64,000 bases of DNA from positions 2,874-66,873 of the forward strand of contig JABDLF010000007.1 of the NCBI GenBank assembly GCA_013003115.1. The letters run 5' to 3'. The notes beneath the pieces are model-generated. The model saw only the letters and a program-made list of their open reading frames with translations, was not told the origin of the DNA and did no database searches. The translations under genes were made by a program, and so were the position numbers. Source of the DNA: Gammaproteobacteria bacterium (GTDB lineage Bacteria; Pseudomonadota; Gammaproteobacteria; Steroidobacterales; JABDLF01). This document shows, piece by piece, positions 29,529 to 41,247 of this stretch; within the stretch, counting starts at the first letter, position 1; each line of letters starts with the position of its first letter.

Positions 29529-31136
29529 TCAGAGGTTCTGGTAGTTGGGGCCTGATCCGCCCTCCGGCGTTACCCAGTCGATGATCTGATAGGGGTCTTT
29601 TATGTCGCAGGCCTTGCAGTGCACGCAGTTGGCAGCGTTTATCTGTAGCCGCTTGCCGCCCGTGCCGTCATCGACCATCTCGTAGACGTTGGCAGGGCAG
29701 AACCTTGTGCAGGGATTATCGAACTCCTCCGCGCAGCGCGTGGCACAGATGCTGGTATCGGCAACTTTGAGGTGCTTTGGCTGACTCTCGTCATGCACCG
29801 TTGTGGCAAAGTAGACCGATGCAAGCCTGTCGCGGGGCGGCAATTCCCGGGTCACCCAGTCTCGCGAAGCCTTGATCGCTTTGTCTTGCCGGGCAAGGCT
29901 CGACCAGTCCGCATGATTTTTGAGCGTCCAGGGCAGCTTGCCAAAGGTGATGGTTTCGAGCGCGGCATTGGCAAGTCCGAGCCACATTCCCCGGTTGAAA
30001 CCGGGGCGGATGTTGCGAACCTTGTAAAGCTCGCGCGCCGAAGGCGTGCTGCGCCAATGCGCGTCGAAGCCTTCGCATCTGCCGTTGGCCGTGACGTAAT
30101 CTGCCGCCTCCATTCCGCAACGCAGTGCCATATGTATACCCTTGATCTTGGGGGCATTCAGCGTCCCCGCCGCATCGCCTGCCAGCAATGCGCCCGGCAT
30201 ATCCATCCTGGGCATCGACTGGTAGCCGCCCTCTATGAGGCTGCGCGCGCCGGCCGAGATGATCTCGCCACCGTCGAGAAGGGCGCGCATGCTCGGGTGA
30301 TGTTTGAACTGCTGAAACGCTTCGAACGGTGAAAAGGCCGGGTCGCTGTAATCCAGCCCGATGACGTAACCGATATATACGCGATCATTGTCGAGGTGAT
30401 AAACAAAGCTGCCCCCGTAGGTGCGGGTGTCGAGAGGCCAGCCGATGCTGTGCTGGATGAGACCTGCTTCCCCGCGCCCTTTTGGCAGCTGCCAGAGTTC
30501 CTTAAAGCCAAGGCCATAGGTCTGCGGCGAGCTGTCTTTGTCGAGCGCGAAGCGATTGATGAGCTGCTTCGAGATGCTGCCCCGACAGCCTTCCGCCAGC
30601 ACGGTGAACTTCGCACGTATCTCTACGCCGGGCGTGAAGTTGGGCCCCGGATCGCCATTCTCCAGAAGGCCCATGTCGCCGACCTGCACACCCGTTACGC
30701 TGCCGTTCTCGTCGATAAGGGGGGCGGACGCAGGAAAGCCGGCAAACACATCAACGCCAAGTTGTTCGGCTTGTTCCGACATAAACCGTCCAAGCGCACC
30801 CAGCGAAACGATGAAGTTGCCGTGATTTTTCATTTGCGGCGGTGTGGGCAGCCGGATCTTGCCCTTTCGTGTCAGGAACATGAACTCGTCTCTGCCGGCC
30901 GGCACGCAGATCTCCGGTTTATTGTTACGCCACTCGGGCAGCAGTTCGTCCAGCGCACCAGGTTCGAGCACCGCGCCGGACAGCAGATGGGCGCCAACCT
31001 CAGAACCCTTCTCCAGCACGCAGATGCTGAGTTCGGGAGATTTTTGTTTTGCACGAATAGCGCAGGCCAGGCCGGCGGGACCGGCGCCGACCACGACCAT
31101 ATCGTATTCCATTACCTCGCGTTCGATTTCAGCCAT
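29529..31136 (-). CDS. Electron-transfer flavoprotein:ubiquinone oxidoreductase (ETF-QO)
   Basis: 535 aa. FAD fold YDMVVVGAGPAGLACAI. C-terminal 4Fe-4S ferredoxin-like motif CPANVYE...INAANCVHCKACDIKDP. Confidence 0.9.
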   Translation of the reverse strand: MAEIEREVMEYDMVVVGAGPAGLACAIRAKQKSPELSICVLEKGSEVGAHLLSGAVLEPGALDELLPEWRNNKPEICVPAGRDEFMFLTRKGKIRLPTPPQMKNHGNFIVSLGALGRFMSEQAEQLGVDVFAGFPASAPLIDENGSVTGVQVGDMGLLENGDPGPNFTPGVEIRAKFTVLAEGCRGSISKQLINRFALDKDSSPQTYGLGFKELWQLPKGRGEAGLIQHSIGWPLDTRTYGGSFVYHLDNDRVYIGYVIGLDYSDPAFSPFEAFQQFKHHPSMRALLDGGEIISAGARSLIEGGYQSMPRMDMPGALLAGDAAGTLNAPKIKGIHMALRCGMEAADYVTANGRCEGFDAHWRSTPSARELYKVRNIRPGFNRGMWLGLANAALETITFGKLPWTLKNHADWSSLARQDKAIKASRDWVTRELPPRDRLASVYFATTVHDESQPKHLKVADTSICATRCAEEFDNPCTRFCPANVYEMVDDGTGGKRLQINAANCVHCKACDIKDPYQIIDWVTPEGGSGPNYQNL

Positions 31137-31154
31137 CTACCGTTCCTTTATTGC

Positions 31155-31922
31155 TCACTTGGGCTGCATCCGAATAGCGCCATCCAGGCGGATCGTTTCT
31201 GCATTGAGCATCGGGCTCTCGCAGATGCAGGCGACCAGGTCCGCGAATTCTGCGGGTTTTCCGAGGCGGGACGGAAAAGGCACCTGGGCGGCGAGGGACT
31301 GCTGCACGTTCTCAGGCATGCCCTCCATCATCGGCGTAAGAAAGATGCCCGGCGCGATTGTCATTACCCGTACGCCGATGCGTGCGAACTCGCGGGCCAG
31401 CGGTAACGCCATGCCCGCGACACCCGCCTTGGACGCAGAGTAGGCGGCCTGCCCGATCTGGCCTTCGAACGCTGCGACAGAGGCAGTGTTTACGATGAGG
31501 CCGCGCTCCCCGTCATCGCCGGGGTCGTTGTGCTGCATCGCGTCTGCCGCAGCCTTGGCAAGCAGGAAACTACCAATAAGGTTCACTTCGATGACCTTGG
31601 AGAAAAACTGCCCTTGCATGGGACCGTCCCGGCCGAGCACGCGCGCTGCGCCCAGAATGCCGGCGCAGCTGACTGCCAGCCGTATCTCGCCCATGCGCTC
31701 GCGCGCCGCGGCAATGGACGCGTTCACGTTTTCCTCATCGCTGACGTCGGTGGCCAGAAAGAACGCATTGCCACCAAGTGACTCTGCAGCTGCCTCGCCC
31801 TGATCAGCGTTGATGTCGAGCAGGGCAGCCTGTCCGCCCGCCGCCACGACCTTTGCCGCCACGGCGTGGCCAAGCCCTGAGGCTCCGCCCGTCACAACAG
31901 CCTTGATATTTTTAAATTTCAT
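31155..31922 (-). CDS. Short-chain dehydrogenase, 3-hydroxyacyl-CoA dehydrogenase type 2 / 3-hydroxy-2-methylbutyryl-CoA dehydrogenase-like
   Basis: 255 aa. VVTGGASGLG, catalytic YSASKAGVAGM, C-terminal ETIRLDGAIRM, typical of the HSD17B10-like subfamily. Confidence 0.78.
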   Translation of the reverse strand: MKFKNIKAVVTGGASGLGHAVAAKVVAAGGQAALLDINADQGEAAAESLGGNAFFLATDVSDEENVNASIAAARERMGEIRLAVSCAGILGAARVLGRDGPMQGQFFSKVIEVNLIGSFLLAKAAADAMQHNDPGDDGERGLIVNTASVAAFEGQIGQAAYSASKAGVAGMALPLAREFARIGVRVMTIAPGIFLTPMMEGMPENVQQSLAAQVPFPSRLGKPAEFADLVACICESPMLNAETIRLDGAIRMQPK

Positions 31923-31972
31923 CGACGCGCTGTCCTTTTATGATGAAGATATGCGCGGCACGGAGCCGGCAC

Positions 31973-32872
31973 TTACTCGCGGGGGATTCTACCAAGCTTG
32001 CTGGCGGGCTGCCGTCCCAGGGCCATGCTGATATAGGCGCCTGCATCGAGCAGTTCCTGCAAAGATACGCCGGTTTCGATATCAAGGCCGCTCAGCATGT
32101 AAACGAGGTCTTCTGTGGCCACATTTCCCGTGGCACCACCGGCGTACGGGCAGCCGCCCAAGCCCGAAACGGATGCGTCGACCACGCTTACTCCGGCCTC
32201 CAGGCAGGCGAAGATATTCGCGAGCGCCTGTCCGCGCGTGTCATGAAAATGCACGGCGAGCTGCTCCATGGGTACCCGCAGGGCAACCGCTTCGAGCATA
32301 GTTCGCGCCGCCGTCGGGGTGCCTACGCCAATGGTGTCGCCCAGAGAGATCTCATAGCATCCCATCGCTGCCAGCTTGCCGGCGACGTCAGCCACTTTAC
32401 TGATCTCCACGGCACCCTCGTAAGGGCAACCCATTACACAGGATACGTAGCCGCGCATTCTTAAGCCGTGCTCTTGCGCGAGCTCCGCTATTGGTTGAAA
32501 CCGGTCAAGCGATTCGTCCACGCTCGCATTGATGTTCTTGCGATTGAAGGTCTCTGACGCGGCGGTGAAAACGGCGACTTCATCGGCCCCTGCCGCCAGC
32601 GCCCGCCGCATGCCTTTCTCATTCGGTACCAGAACAGGGTAGGTGACGCCGCGCCGCCGCCGCAGCCCGCGCATGACCTCTTCGGCGTCTGCAAGCTGTG
32701 GTATCCATTTGGGGCTCACAAAACTGGTGGTTTCGATTGTGCTCAGCCCTGCAGCGGCCAGGCGCTCTATAAACTCAATCTTGACGTCCGTGGCAACCGG
32801 CTGCTTTTCGTTTTGCAAACCGTCTCGCGGCCCCACTTCGACAACGCGAACTTTCTGAGGGAGGTTTGCCAT
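31973..32872 (-). CDS. liuE: Hydroxymethylglutaryl-CoA lyase
   Basis: 299 aa. [52 protein letters not shown]. Confidence 0.9.
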   Translation of the reverse strand: MANLPQKVRVVEVGPRDGLQNEKQPVATDVKIEFIERLAAAGLSTIETTSFVSPKWIPQLADAEEVMRGLRRRRGVTYPVLVPNEKGMRRALAAGADEVAVFTAASETFNRKNINASVDESLDRFQPIAELAQEHGLRMRGYVSCVMGCPYEGAVEISKVADVAGKLAAMGCYEISLGDTIGVGTPTAARTMLEAVALRVPMEQLAVHFHDTRGQALANIFACLEAGVSVVDASVSGLGGCPYAGGATGNVATEDLVYMLSGLDIETGVSLQELLDAGAYISMALGRQPASKLGRIPRE

Positions 32873-32875
32873 GTC

Positions 32876-34903
32876 TTACTGAGCGGCCGCAGTATCGATG
32901 TCAACCAGCGGAACCTCGGCTTCTACCAGGTCTCCGACCTTGCAGTGCACTTGCGAGATGCTGCCGCTGGTGCGGGCATTCAGCGTGTACTCCATTTTCA
33001 TGCCCTCGAGCACCAGCAAAGGCTGCCCCTGCTGCACGCTGTCTCCCTGAGTGACGTGCAGCGCGACAACGCGCCCCGGCATCGGCGACCCGGGATGCGC
33101 ATCGTCGGCGACATCACCTGCGGCAACCTGGTAGAGCGGGGCCCTGCGCAGCAGCGACCGCTCGGGACCCGAGGTCCCCGGATAGGTTATGAGAAAGTCA
33201 TTTTCTGAATGCGTCACCTTGAGCACGTGTGTCTGGCCGTCGGCCTCCAGAATAATATTCTGCCCGCGGGCGAATGCAGTAACGCTAATGCGGCGTACGT
33301 CGTCTTCCCCGATTTCGGCTGTGAAAGACGGCAGCGCTCCACGAATGGCCACGACATGCCGTGCGCCCGCCGCATCGACAAATGCCAGCCGGTAGCGACC
33401 CTGACCGTTGGCCTGCCAGGCGTCGCCCTGCGACCAGGGAGAGCGATGCACACGAGATTTCGCCTGTGCGCGGCGGGCGGTGGCGCGCCGTTCAAGCGCG
33501 CCGCAGGCCGCTCCGAGCAATGCCAGCTCGGCAACGCCATCTGCGGAGGATGTGAGCTCAGCCTGGTTACGATCTACATAGCCGGTATCGGCATCGCCAT
33601 TCAGAAATACTTCGTCGCGGGTTATCCGCAGCAGGAAGTCGAGATTGGTTGTAACGCCGAAGATTGCGGTATTCGCCAGCGCGGCGCGCAGCTCAGCGAC
33701 GGCTCGCTGACGATCCGGTGCGTGAACGATCAGTTTGGCAATCATCGGGTCGTAGTGAATGCTCACTTTGTCGCCGCTGCTGACGGAAGAGTCCATGCGC
33801 AACCCATGCCGGCCGCGTGGATGGCTGAACTTCCGGACGCAGCCCGTGGACGGCAGAAAATCTCTGCGCGGGTCCTCCGCGTAGATCCGCGCCTCCAGTG
33901 CATGCCCCCGACGTGTAATTTGAGTTTGCGACAGCGGGAGCGGCTCACCTGCGGCCACCCGCAGCTGCCATTCGACCAGGTCGATGCCGGTCGTCATCTC
34001 CGTCACCGGGTGTTCGACCTGCAGTCGCGTATTCATTTCCATGAAAAAGTACTGGCGGTCGGCGCCCACTATGAATTCGACCGTGCCGGCGTTTACATAG
34101 TCGACGGCGCGCCCTGCGGCGACAGCCGCGTCGCCCATGCGCCGTGCCAGATCGTCATCGACGAAAGGAGAGGGCGCCTCCTCAATAATTTTCTGATAAC
34201 GCCTTTGCAGAGAACATTCGCGCTCGAACAGGTGTATTACGTTGCCATGTGCGTCGCCGAAAATCTGGAATTCGATATGCCGCGGCCGTTGCATAAACTT
34301 TTCGATCAGCATTTGCGTGTCGCCAAAGGCGCTCATGGCTTCGCGCCGCGCACCGTCAAGCGCTGCCGGGAAGTCCTCCGCCTTGCGCACGATGCGCATG
34401 CCCTTGCCACCGCCTCCGGCGCTGGGCTTGATGATGACCGGGTAACCGATTCCGGATGCCTCTTCTTCCAGCAGCGCATCTGACTGCTGTGCGCCGTGGT
34501 ACCCCGGCACCGTTGGCACGCCGGCGGCGGCCATCAGGCGCTTCGCTTCACTTTTTGAGCCCATCGCATCGATAGTCTCTGCTGTTGGCCCGACGAAAAT
34601 GAGTCCCGCGTCCACACATGAACGCGCGAGTTCGGGGTTCTCTGACAGGAAACCGTAGCCCGGGTGGATTGCGTCAGCACCGGAGAAGTGCGCTGCATTG
34701 ATAATCTTTTCAACGGAAAGATAAGACTCGCGACTTTCGGCGGCTCCGATATTGACGGCTTCGTCAGCACTGCGGACATGGCGTGCACCGCGATCTGCCT
34801 CGGAATAGACGGCAACGGTGCGTATGCCGAGGCGTCGGCAGGTTTTCATGATGCGCACCGCGATCTCTCCGCGGTTGGCAACAAGCAGCTTATTTATCTG
34901 CAC
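32876..34903 (-). CDS. liuD: 3-methylcrotonyl-CoA carboxylase alpha (biotin carboxylase + BCCP) subunit
   Basis: 675 aa. KLLVANRGEIAVRIM, biotin carboxylase core, C-terminal biotinylation motif LEGMKME. Confidence 0.9.
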   Translation of the reverse strand: MQINKLLVANRGEIAVRIMKTCRRLGIRTVAVYSEADRGARHVRSADEAVNIGAAESRESYLSVEKIINAAHFSGADAIHPGYGFLSENPELARSCVDAGLIFVGPTAETIDAMGSKSEAKRLMAAAGVPTVPGYHGAQQSDALLEEEASGIGYPVIIKPSAGGGGKGMRIVRKAEDFPAALDGARREAMSAFGDTQMLIEKFMQRPRHIEFQIFGDAHGNVIHLFERECSLQRRYQKIIEEAPSPFVDDDLARRMGDAAVAAGRAVDYVNAGTVEFIVGADRQYFFMEMNTRLQVEHPVTEMTTGIDLVEWQLRVAAGEPLPLSQTQITRRGHALEARIYAEDPRRDFLPSTGCVRKFSHPRGRHGLRMDSSVSSGDKVSIHYDPMIAKLIVHAPDRQRAVAELRAALANTAIFGVTTNLDFLLRITRDEVFLNGDADTGYVDRNQAELTSSADGVAELALLGAACGALERRATARRAQAKSRVHRSPWSQGDAWQANGQGRYRLAFVDAAGARHVVAIRGALPSFTAEIGEDDVRRISVTAFARGQNIILEADGQTHVLKVTHSENDFLITYPGTSGPERSLLRRAPLYQVAAGDVADDAHPGSPMPGRVVALHVTQGDSVQQGQPLLVLEGMKMEYTLNARTSGSISQVHCKVGDLVEAEVPLVDIDTAAAQ

Positions 34904-34908
34904 GCGAG

Positions 34909-35706
34909 TCAGTCCTGCCAGCCTGGCTTGCGTTTTTCCAGGAAGGCCGCCAGGCCCTCCTGGCCCTCATCCGAGCCCCGCAGCTGTGCGATGAGTTCTG
35001 CCGTTCGCTGCCGCAGCGCATGGGATGCGGTGACGCCATGATGGCTGATATTTGCGACGAGATTTTTGCACGCAAGCTGGGCCTCTGGTCCTCCCGCCAG
35101 CAGTGCCGCGACTATCGTCTCTGTCTCGCTGTCCAGCTGATCCCTGCTAGCAACCGTGTGCAGCAAACCAATCTCGCGCGCTGTGATGGCATCAAACGCC
35201 TCGCCGGTCAGAAAATACCGGCGCGCCTGACGCTCGCCAATGGCTGACATGACGTATGGGGAGATCACGGCGGGGACCAGGCCGAGTCGCACTTCGGACA
35301 GTGCGAAACGCGTTGTATCCGCGCCGACTGCAATATCACAGCAGGCGACGAGGCCGACGCCGCCGCCGAAAGCGTGGCCGTTGACTTTGGCCAGCGTGGG
35401 TTTGCGGATGCCGTTCAGTACGGCCATCAGTTCGGCAAGGTGCAGAGCGTCCTCAATGTTTTCTTCTTCGCTGAAGCTGGCCATCGCCCGCATCCAGTTG
35501 AGATCTGCGCCGCTGGAAAAAGATTTTCCTCTGCCCGTCAATATGATGACCCTCACCTGCGAATCCCGGTCACAGTCGAGCAAGGCAGATCTCAGAGCCT
35601 CAATCAGCTTGTCATCAAAAGCGTTGTGAACATCGGGGCGGTTGAGCGTCAGCGTCGCAACGCCGCGCTCGTCCTTGTCTGTCAGCAAAATTTCGGACAC
35701 GGCCAT
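34909..35706 (-). CDS. liuC: Methylglutaconyl-CoA hydratase (enoyl-CoA hydratase/crotonase family)
   Basis: 265 aa. LNRPDVHNAFDD, GKSFSSGADLNWM, GHAFGGGVGLVACCDI. Position between the MCCase subunits. Confidence 0.85.
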   Translation of the reverse strand: MAVSEILLTDKDERGVATLTLNRPDVHNAFDDKLIEALRSALLDCDRDSQVRVIILTGRGKSFSSGADLNWMRAMASFSEEENIEDALHLAELMAVLNGIRKPTLAKVNGHAFGGGVGLVACCDIAVGADTTRFALSEVRLGLVPAVISPYVMSAIGERQARRYFLTGEAFDAITAREIGLLHTVASRDQLDSETETIVAALLAGGPEAQLACKNLVANISHHGVTASHALRQRTAELIAQLRGSDEGQEGLAAFLEKRKPGWQD

Positions 35707-35715
35707 TTTCCCGAA

Positions 35716-37326
35716 TCACATCCGAAAGACGCCGTAGGCGGCGCCCCGGTCAAGTGGTGCATTCATAGCGGCGGCGAGCGAGAGCCCCAGCACGCGTCGG
35801 GTATCTGCGGGGTCGATGATACCGTCGTCCCAAAGCCTCGCGCTTGCATAATAAGGATGACCCTGGCGTTCGTATTGATCGCGGATTTCCTGCTTGAACC
35901 TGGCTTCCTCTTCCTCGTCCCAGCTCGATCCGCGCGCCTCCAGCGCGTCGCGCTTTACCGTCGCAAGCACCGTCGCAGCCTGCTCGCCGCCCATCACCGA
36001 AATCCTTGCGTTGGGCCACGCAAACACGAAGCGTGCCCCGTAAGCCCGGCCGCACATGGCGTAGTTGCCGGCGCCGAAGGAGCCGCCGATAATCACGGTG
36101 AACTTGGGCACGTCTGAACAGGCAACGGCGTTCACCATTTTCGCGCCGTGCTTTGCTATGCCCTCTGACTCGTATTTTTGTCCCACCATGAAGCCGCTGA
36201 TGTTCTGCAGGAAGACCAGCGGGATGCCACGCTGATTGCACAGCTGCACAAAATGCGCGCCCTTCATTGCCGATTCCGAAAACAGGATGCCGTTGTTTGC
36301 GATTATGCCTGCCGGGTAGCCCCAGATTCGCGCGAAGCCGCATACCAGCGTCTTTCCGTAAAGCGGCTTGAACTCCTGAAACTTCGAATCGTCGACGATG
36401 CGCGCAATCACTTCACGCACCTCGTAAGGGAATCTCGATTCCACGGGCACGATGCCGTACAGGTCTTCGGCAGGGTACCGAGGTTCCGCGGGTGGCTGTA
36501 CGTCTGTTGCAAAAGAGCCGGGTCGGTTCAGGCTCGCAATGATGTCGCGCGCGATTTTGAGGGCATGGCTATCGTCGTCGGCGAGGTGGTCGGTGACTCC
36601 CGATACGCGCGAATGGAGGTCTCCACCGCCCAGCGTCTCGGCATCCACAACTTCACCGGTAGCGGCCTTAACCAGTGGCGGTCCACCAAGAAATACGGTG
36701 CCCTGCTCGCGGACGATGATCGCCTCGTCGCACATGGCGGGCACATAGGCGCCGCCGGCGGTGCATGATCCCATTACCACGGCGATCTGTGCGATCCCCT
36801 CCCGGGACAGCCTCGCCTGGTTGTAGAAGATGCGCCCAAAATGTTCGCGGTCCGGGAATACTTCGTCCTGCAGCGGCAAAAAAGCGCCTCCGGAGTCCAC
36901 CAGGTAGACACAGGGCAGGCGATTCTCCATGGCGACTTCCTGCGCGCGCAGGTGTTTTTTTACCGTCATCGGGAAGTAGGTGCCGCCCTTTACGGTGGCG
37001 TCGTTGGCCACTACAACCACCTCGCGCTCATTGACCAGTCCGATACCGGTTATCAGTCCCGCGCAGGGTGCGGCGCCGTCATAGAGATCGTGGGCCGCAA
37101 GGGCCGAGAACTCTAAAAAGGGGCTGCCGGCGTCCAGCAGGGCCTCGATGCGTTCGCGCGGGAGCAATTTGCCGCGCGCCAGGTGCTTTTCGCGAGCCCT
37201 TTCCCCGCCGCCCAGCATGGCGTTTTCAACCTGCGCGCGGAGATCTTCGGCCAGCGCCTGCATGCGCTCCGCGTTCTGCCGTGCGGCTGCGCTGTCCAAA
37301 TCGAGTTTACTTTGAATTACGGGCAT
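35716..37326 (-). CDS. liuB: 3-methylcrotonyl-CoA carboxylase beta (carboxyltransferase) subunit
   Basis: Carboxyltransferase domains. Start set at MPVIQSKLD (ATG 37326), which avoids overlap with the upstream thiolase. The track version starts at 37395. Confidence 0.9.
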   Translation of the reverse strand: MPVIQSKLDLDSAAARQNAERMQALAEDLRAQVENAMLGGGERAREKHLARGKLLPRERIEALLDAGSPFLEFSALAAHDLYDGAAPCAGLITGIGLVNEREVVVVANDATVKGGTYFPMTVKKHLRAQEVAMENRLPCVYLVDSGGAFLPLQDEVFPDREHFGRIFYNQARLSREGIAQIAVVMGSCTAGGAYVPAMCDEAIIVREQGTVFLGGPPLVKAATGEVVDAETLGGGDLHSRVSGVTDHLADDDSHALKIARDIIASLNRPGSFATDVQPPAEPRYPAEDLYGIVPVESRFPYEVREVIARIVDDSKFQEFKPLYGKTLVCGFARIWGYPAGIIANNGILFSESAMKGAHFVQLCNQRGIPLVFLQNISGFMVGQKYESEGIAKHGAKMVNAVACSDVPKFTVIIGGSFGAGNYAMCGRAYGARFVFAWPNARISVMGGEQAATVLATVKRDALEARGSSWDEEEEARFKQEIRDQYERQGHPYYASARLWDDGIIDPADTRRVLGLSLAAAMNAPLDRGAAYGVFRM

Positions 37327-37333
37327 AGGAAGT

Positions 37334-38521
37334 TCAGGCAATACGCTCAAGGGCGATCGCAGTTGCCTCGCCGCCACCAATGCACAGCCCGGCAATGCCG
37401 ACTTTCATCGAACGTGCCTCAAGCGCGTGCAAGAGCGTGACCAGCAGCCGTGCGCCCGTCGCACCGATCGGGTGTCCCAGTGCGCAGGCGCCGCCATTGA
37501 CATTGACCCTGGCCGGGTCGAGGTCGAGATCCCTGATGGCCGCCATCGTGACCACGGCAAATGCCTCGTTTATTTCATAAAGATCAACGTCGGCCGGCGC
37601 AAGCCCGAGCTTTGCATGCAGTGCCCTGATTGCGCCGACCGGTGCCGTCGTAAACCACTCCGGCTCGTGCGCGAAGCCACTGTGCCCGATCACGCGGGCG
37701 AGGGGCTTAAGGCCTCGTTCCCGGGCTTCGTTTTCACGCATCATCACGAGCGCCGCGGCGCCGTCGGAGATAGACGATGAACTTGCCGCAGTCACGGTGC
37801 CACCTTCGCGCCGAAACGCGGGGCGCAATGTTGGAATCTTTTCAATATCGCAGTTAAAGGGCTCTTCGTCTTTGTCGACAATCGCCTCACTCTTGCGCGA
37901 CTTCACCGTGACTGGCGCGATTTCTGCTTTAAAGGCGCCGGTTTCGATAGCAGCGAGTGCGCGGCGGACCGACTCTTCGGCGAACGCGTCCTGTTCGGCA
38001 CGCGAGAAAGCGTACTTGTCGGCGGTCGCCTCAGCGAAGTGCCCCATCATCTGACCGTCGTAAGGGTTTTGCAGGCCGTCAAAGAACATGTGGTCGAGCA
38101 CCTGCTGGTGGCCCATCCGATATCCGCCGCGCGCCTTCGGAAGAAGATAGGGCGCGTTGCTCATCGACTCCATGCCGCCTGCGACAACCACGCGGGCGCT
38201 GCCGGCCATGAGCAGGTCGTTTGCGAGCATTGCCGCTTTCATGCCGGACCCGCAAACCTTGTTGATGGTGGTACAGCCCACGCCAACCGGAATGCCGCCC
38301 GCAATTGCGGCCTGCCTGGCCGGCGCCTGGCCAAGACCAGCCGGCAAAACGCAGCCCATAATGACTTCGCTGACGTCATCACCCGCGATTGAGGCGTCTG
38401 CAATTCCCGAAGCGATGGCCGCTGCGCCAAGGTCGGTCGCGCTGACTGTGCCAAGGCCGCCCTGGAAGCCGCCGATGGGCGTGCGTCGGGCAGAAACAAT
38501 TACGACGGGGTTACTGCTCAT
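37334..38521 (-). CDS. Acetyl-CoA C-acetyltransferase (thiolase II; acetoacetyl-/2-methylacetoacetyl-CoA thiolase)
   Basis: 395 aa. Active-site regions [45 protein letters not shown]. Confidence 0.9.
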   Translation of the reverse strand: MSSNPVVIVSARRTPIGGFQGGLGTVSATDLGAAAIASGIADASIAGDDVSEVIMGCVLPAGLGQAPARQAAIAGGIPVGVGCTTINKVCGSGMKAAMLANDLLMAGSARVVVAGGMESMSNAPYLLPKARGGYRMGHQQVLDHMFFDGLQNPYDGQMMGHFAEATADKYAFSRAEQDAFAEESVRRALAAIETGAFKAEIAPVTVKSRKSEAIVDKDEEPFNCDIEKIPTLRPAFRREGGTVTAASSSSISDGAAALVMMRENEARERGLKPLARVIGHSGFAHEPEWFTTAPVGAIRALHAKLGLAPADVDLYEINEAFAVVTMAAIRDLDLDPARVNVNGGACALGHPIGATGARLLVTLLHALEARSMKVGIAGLCIGGGEATAIALERIA

Positions 38522-38542
38522 TTGTTCTCCTGCGCGGGCTCT

Positions 38543-39712
38543 TTACGACTCAGCGGCCGCCGCAAGCAACTCGCGGCCGATTAACATCCGACGTATTTCG
38601 CTGGTGCCTGCCCCGATCTCATAGAGTTTGGCATCGCGCAAAAACCGGCCGGTCGGATATTCGTTGATGTAGCCGTTGCCGCCGAGCGATTGTATCGCTT
38701 CGAGGGCAACGTTTACTGCGGAACTGGCGGTAAGAAGCAGGCACGACGCCGCATCCTGGCGCGTGGGCAGGCCGCTGTCGAACTGCTCCGCCGTACGATA
38801 TGTGAATGCACGCGATGCCTGCAGCGCGGTAAACATGTCCGCGACCTTGCCCTGCATTACGCCGAAACTTCCTATGGGCCTGTCAAACTGTTTGCGCTCA
38901 TTGAGGTATGGAAGGACCACGTCCATGCAGGCCTGCATGATTCCGATGGGTCCGCCAGACAGAACAAGGCGCTCCGAGTCCAGGCCTTTCATAAGGATGT
39001 ATACGCCTTCGTTTACTTTGCCAAGCACGTTCTCATCGGGGATACGGCAATTATCGAAGACCAGCTCGCAGGTATTGGAACCGCGCATGCCCAGCTTGTC
39101 GAGTTTCTGCGCCGTGCTGAATCCTGGCATGTCTTTTTCCACCAGGAAGGCAGTCATCGATTTTGAACCTGCGCTCTTGTCGGCCGTGCGCATATAAACG
39201 AGGAGCACCTGGGCTTCGGGGCCATTGGTGATCCACATCTTCGAGCCGTTGGCGATCCAGTGATCGCCGGACTTGCGCGCCCGGCAACTCATGGAGCCGA
39301 CGACGTCGGATCCTGCCCCCGGTTCCGACATTGCCAGTGCGCCGATCCACTCGCCGCTGCAAAGTCGCGGCAAAAACCTGCGCCGCTGTTCGTCGCTGCC
39401 GTTTAAAAACAGGTTGTTGACGCAGAGGTTGGAATGCGCGGCATAGGACAGGCCCACTGAAGCAGAGGCTCTCGATATTTCCTCGGTCGCAACAACGTGA
39501 GCGAGATAACCCATGTCACTCCCGCCGAACTCCTCTGTGACGGTCATGCCTAAAAGCCCGAGTTCGCCCATCTGTTGCCACAGTTCCGCCGGGAACGCGT
39601 TGTCCCGATCGATCGCCTCGGCGAGGGGTGCAATTTCCGCGTCGGCAAACCGCCTGACCGTCTCCCTCAACAGGTCGATTTCTTCACTTATGTGCGTGTT
39701 GAATATGGACAA
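38543..39712 (-). CDS. liuA: Isovaleryl-CoA dehydrogenase
   Basis: 389 aa acyl-CoA dehydrogenase ([13 protein letters not shown]; [19 protein letters not shown]) heading the liu gene set. Confidence 0.88.
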   Translation of the reverse strand: MSIFNTHISEEIDLLRETVRRFADAEIAPLAEAIDRDNAFPAELWQQMGELGLLGMTVTEEFGGSDMGYLAHVVATEEISRASASVGLSYAAHSNLCVNNLFLNGSDEQRRRFLPRLCSGEWIGALAMSEPGAGSDVVGSMSCRARKSGDHWIANGSKMWITNGPEAQVLLVYMRTADKSAGSKSMTAFLVEKDMPGFSTAQKLDKLGMRGSNTCELVFDNCRIPDENVLGKVNEGVYILMKGLDSERLVLSGGPIGIMQACMDVVLPYLNERKQFDRPIGSFGVMQGKVADMFTALQASRAFTYRTAEQFDSGLPTRQDAASCLLLTASSAVNVALEAIQSLGGNGYINEYPTGRFLRDAKLYEIGAGTSEIRRMLIGRELLAAAAES

Positions 39713-39804
39713 CTTGTGTGCTCCGCTGATTCAAGACAGTCGATAATAAAGCCGGGCAGCCGCGTCTTGCAGCTGCCAGGTAAGAACGACTCTTGCGACG
39801 CCGG

Positions 39805-40926
39805 TCAGTGGCTTGCGGTACCCGCGCTGGGTGAGCGGCCGGACAGTCGGTCCTTGTTGCGCCGGGTGAACGGCTTTTTAATGTGACCGATTGCGGCGAT
39901 GCGCTCTTCTGCCAGCCTGTCGGCCGCGCGCCAGCTGGGAATCCCGTCGCGCTCGGCAATTCTGAATATCATATCTATATTCGTGTAGATCGTGCTGACG
40001 AGCTGCGTCGCTCTCTTGCGATTATAGCCCTGCAGCTCGATGGCGACGTTCATGAGTCCGCCTGCATTGACGGCATAGTCCGGCGCGTAGACGATGCCGC
40101 GCTCTTCCAGCGCGGTGCCCCATTCACCGGACTCAAGCTGATTGTTCGAGCTGCCTGCAACGATGTCGACTTTGAGTCGGGGAACCGTATTCTCGTTGAT
40201 GACGCCACCGAGCGCGCACGGCGCAAAAACGTTTGCTTCTACGTCGTAGATATCGTCCATGCCCACCGCTTCGGCGCCAAGCTCGTCAACAGCGCGGCTG
40301 ACGCGATCCTGATTGATATCGCAAACAAATACTTTGGCACCTTCTTCGCGCAGCAGCTTCACAAGATGGAAGCCTACGCTGCCGACACCCTGCACAGAAA
40401 AACTGCGGTTTCTCACCGTCGCTTCACCGTATTTTCTGTTCAGGCAGGCGCGGATGCCGCACAAAGTGCCAAAGGCCGTGAACGGCGACGGGTCGTCGCT
40501 GCCGCCATGTACCGGGTGCACGCCCACAACGCGGTCGGTCTCCTGGTAGATATATTCCATGTCGTTGACCGTGGTACCTACGTCTTCGGCAGTGATGTAA
40601 CGATGGCCCAGACTGCCGATGAAGCGCCCGAAGGATCGAAACAGCGCCTCGGATTTGTCGGTTTCGGGATTGCCCATGATGACGGCTTTGCCGCCGCCTA
40701 AGTTAAGTCCGGCAACGGCTGCCTTGTATGTCATGCCGCGCGACAATCGCAAAACGTCCCTCAATGCTTCATCTTCACTTGCATAAGGCCACATACGCAG
40801 CCCGCCCAGGGCGGGGCCCAGGATGGTGTTGTGAATGGCCACGATAGCCCTCAGTCCGCTGGTTTCGCATTGGAAGAACACAACCTGTTCGTGGCCCATA
40901 CGCCCAGCTTCTTCGAAAAGCTTCAT
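39805..40926 (-). CDS. ldh: Leucine dehydrogenase (Glu/Leu/Phe/Val dehydrogenase family)
   Basis: 373 aa. LRAIVAIHNTILGPALGGLRMWPY, catalytic GLNLGGGKAV, NAD fold VQGVGSVG. AGGAG Shine-Dalgarno before the ATG. Confidence 0.85.
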   Translation of the reverse strand: MKLFEEAGRMGHEQVVFFQCETSGLRAIVAIHNTILGPALGGLRMWPYASEDEALRDVLRLSRGMTYKAAVAGLNLGGGKAVIMGNPETDKSEALFRSFGRFIGSLGHRYITAEDVGTTVNDMEYIYQETDRVVGVHPVHGGSDDPSPFTAFGTLCGIRACLNRKYGEATVRNRSFSVQGVGSVGFHLVKLLREEGAKVFVCDINQDRVSRAVDELGAEAVGMDDIYDVEANVFAPCALGGVINENTVPRLKVDIVAGSSNNQLESGEWGTALEERGIVYAPDYAVNAGGLMNVAIELQGYNRKRATQLVSTIYTNIDMIFRIAERDGIPSWRAADRLAEERIAAIGHIKKPFTRRNKDRLSGRSPSAGTASH

Positions 40927-41247
40927 ATTCGCTCCTAAAATTTTGCCGTATTTGTTCTGCTCAGGAACTCACTCGTCCGGATTTCTCGGATCTGCCTGGG
41001 CTATCTGGTCTGAAGCCAACTCGCGACCCGGAGAAAAACGGATCATTAACTCGGTCGGATTCGATCGGTGCGCGCGCAGTAACCAAATTTGCGCAACGAC
41101 TCTTGGATTTCGGGTCGCAATTATAGACCCTGAATCGAGAAAGAACAGAGACGCGTAAATGTGCTGCATTGCAGCAGCAACGGGGAATGACCACCCCAGC
41201 AGTTATAATGCTGGAATGAACCAACCAATTTATAAAGTTGCGCGCTC

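Noticed and set aside
33209-34483. 424-aa plus-strand ORF opposite the MCCase alpha subunit. Similar ones are 35374..36117, 36178..36768 and 30396..31406.
   Set aside because: They are antisense to strongly supported catabolic genes. They are a composition artefact of high GC at third codon positions.
40927-41247. Cobalamin riboswitch or LiuR operator in the ldh/icmF divergent region
   Set aside because: I recognised no B12-box-like core and no MerR-type long-spacer promoter. The region has only short palindromes (TTGCGCAA at 41082-41089, GCTGCA-T-TGCAGC at 41163-41175) and an isolated TATAAT (41204-41209) without a credible -35. That is too weak to annotate.
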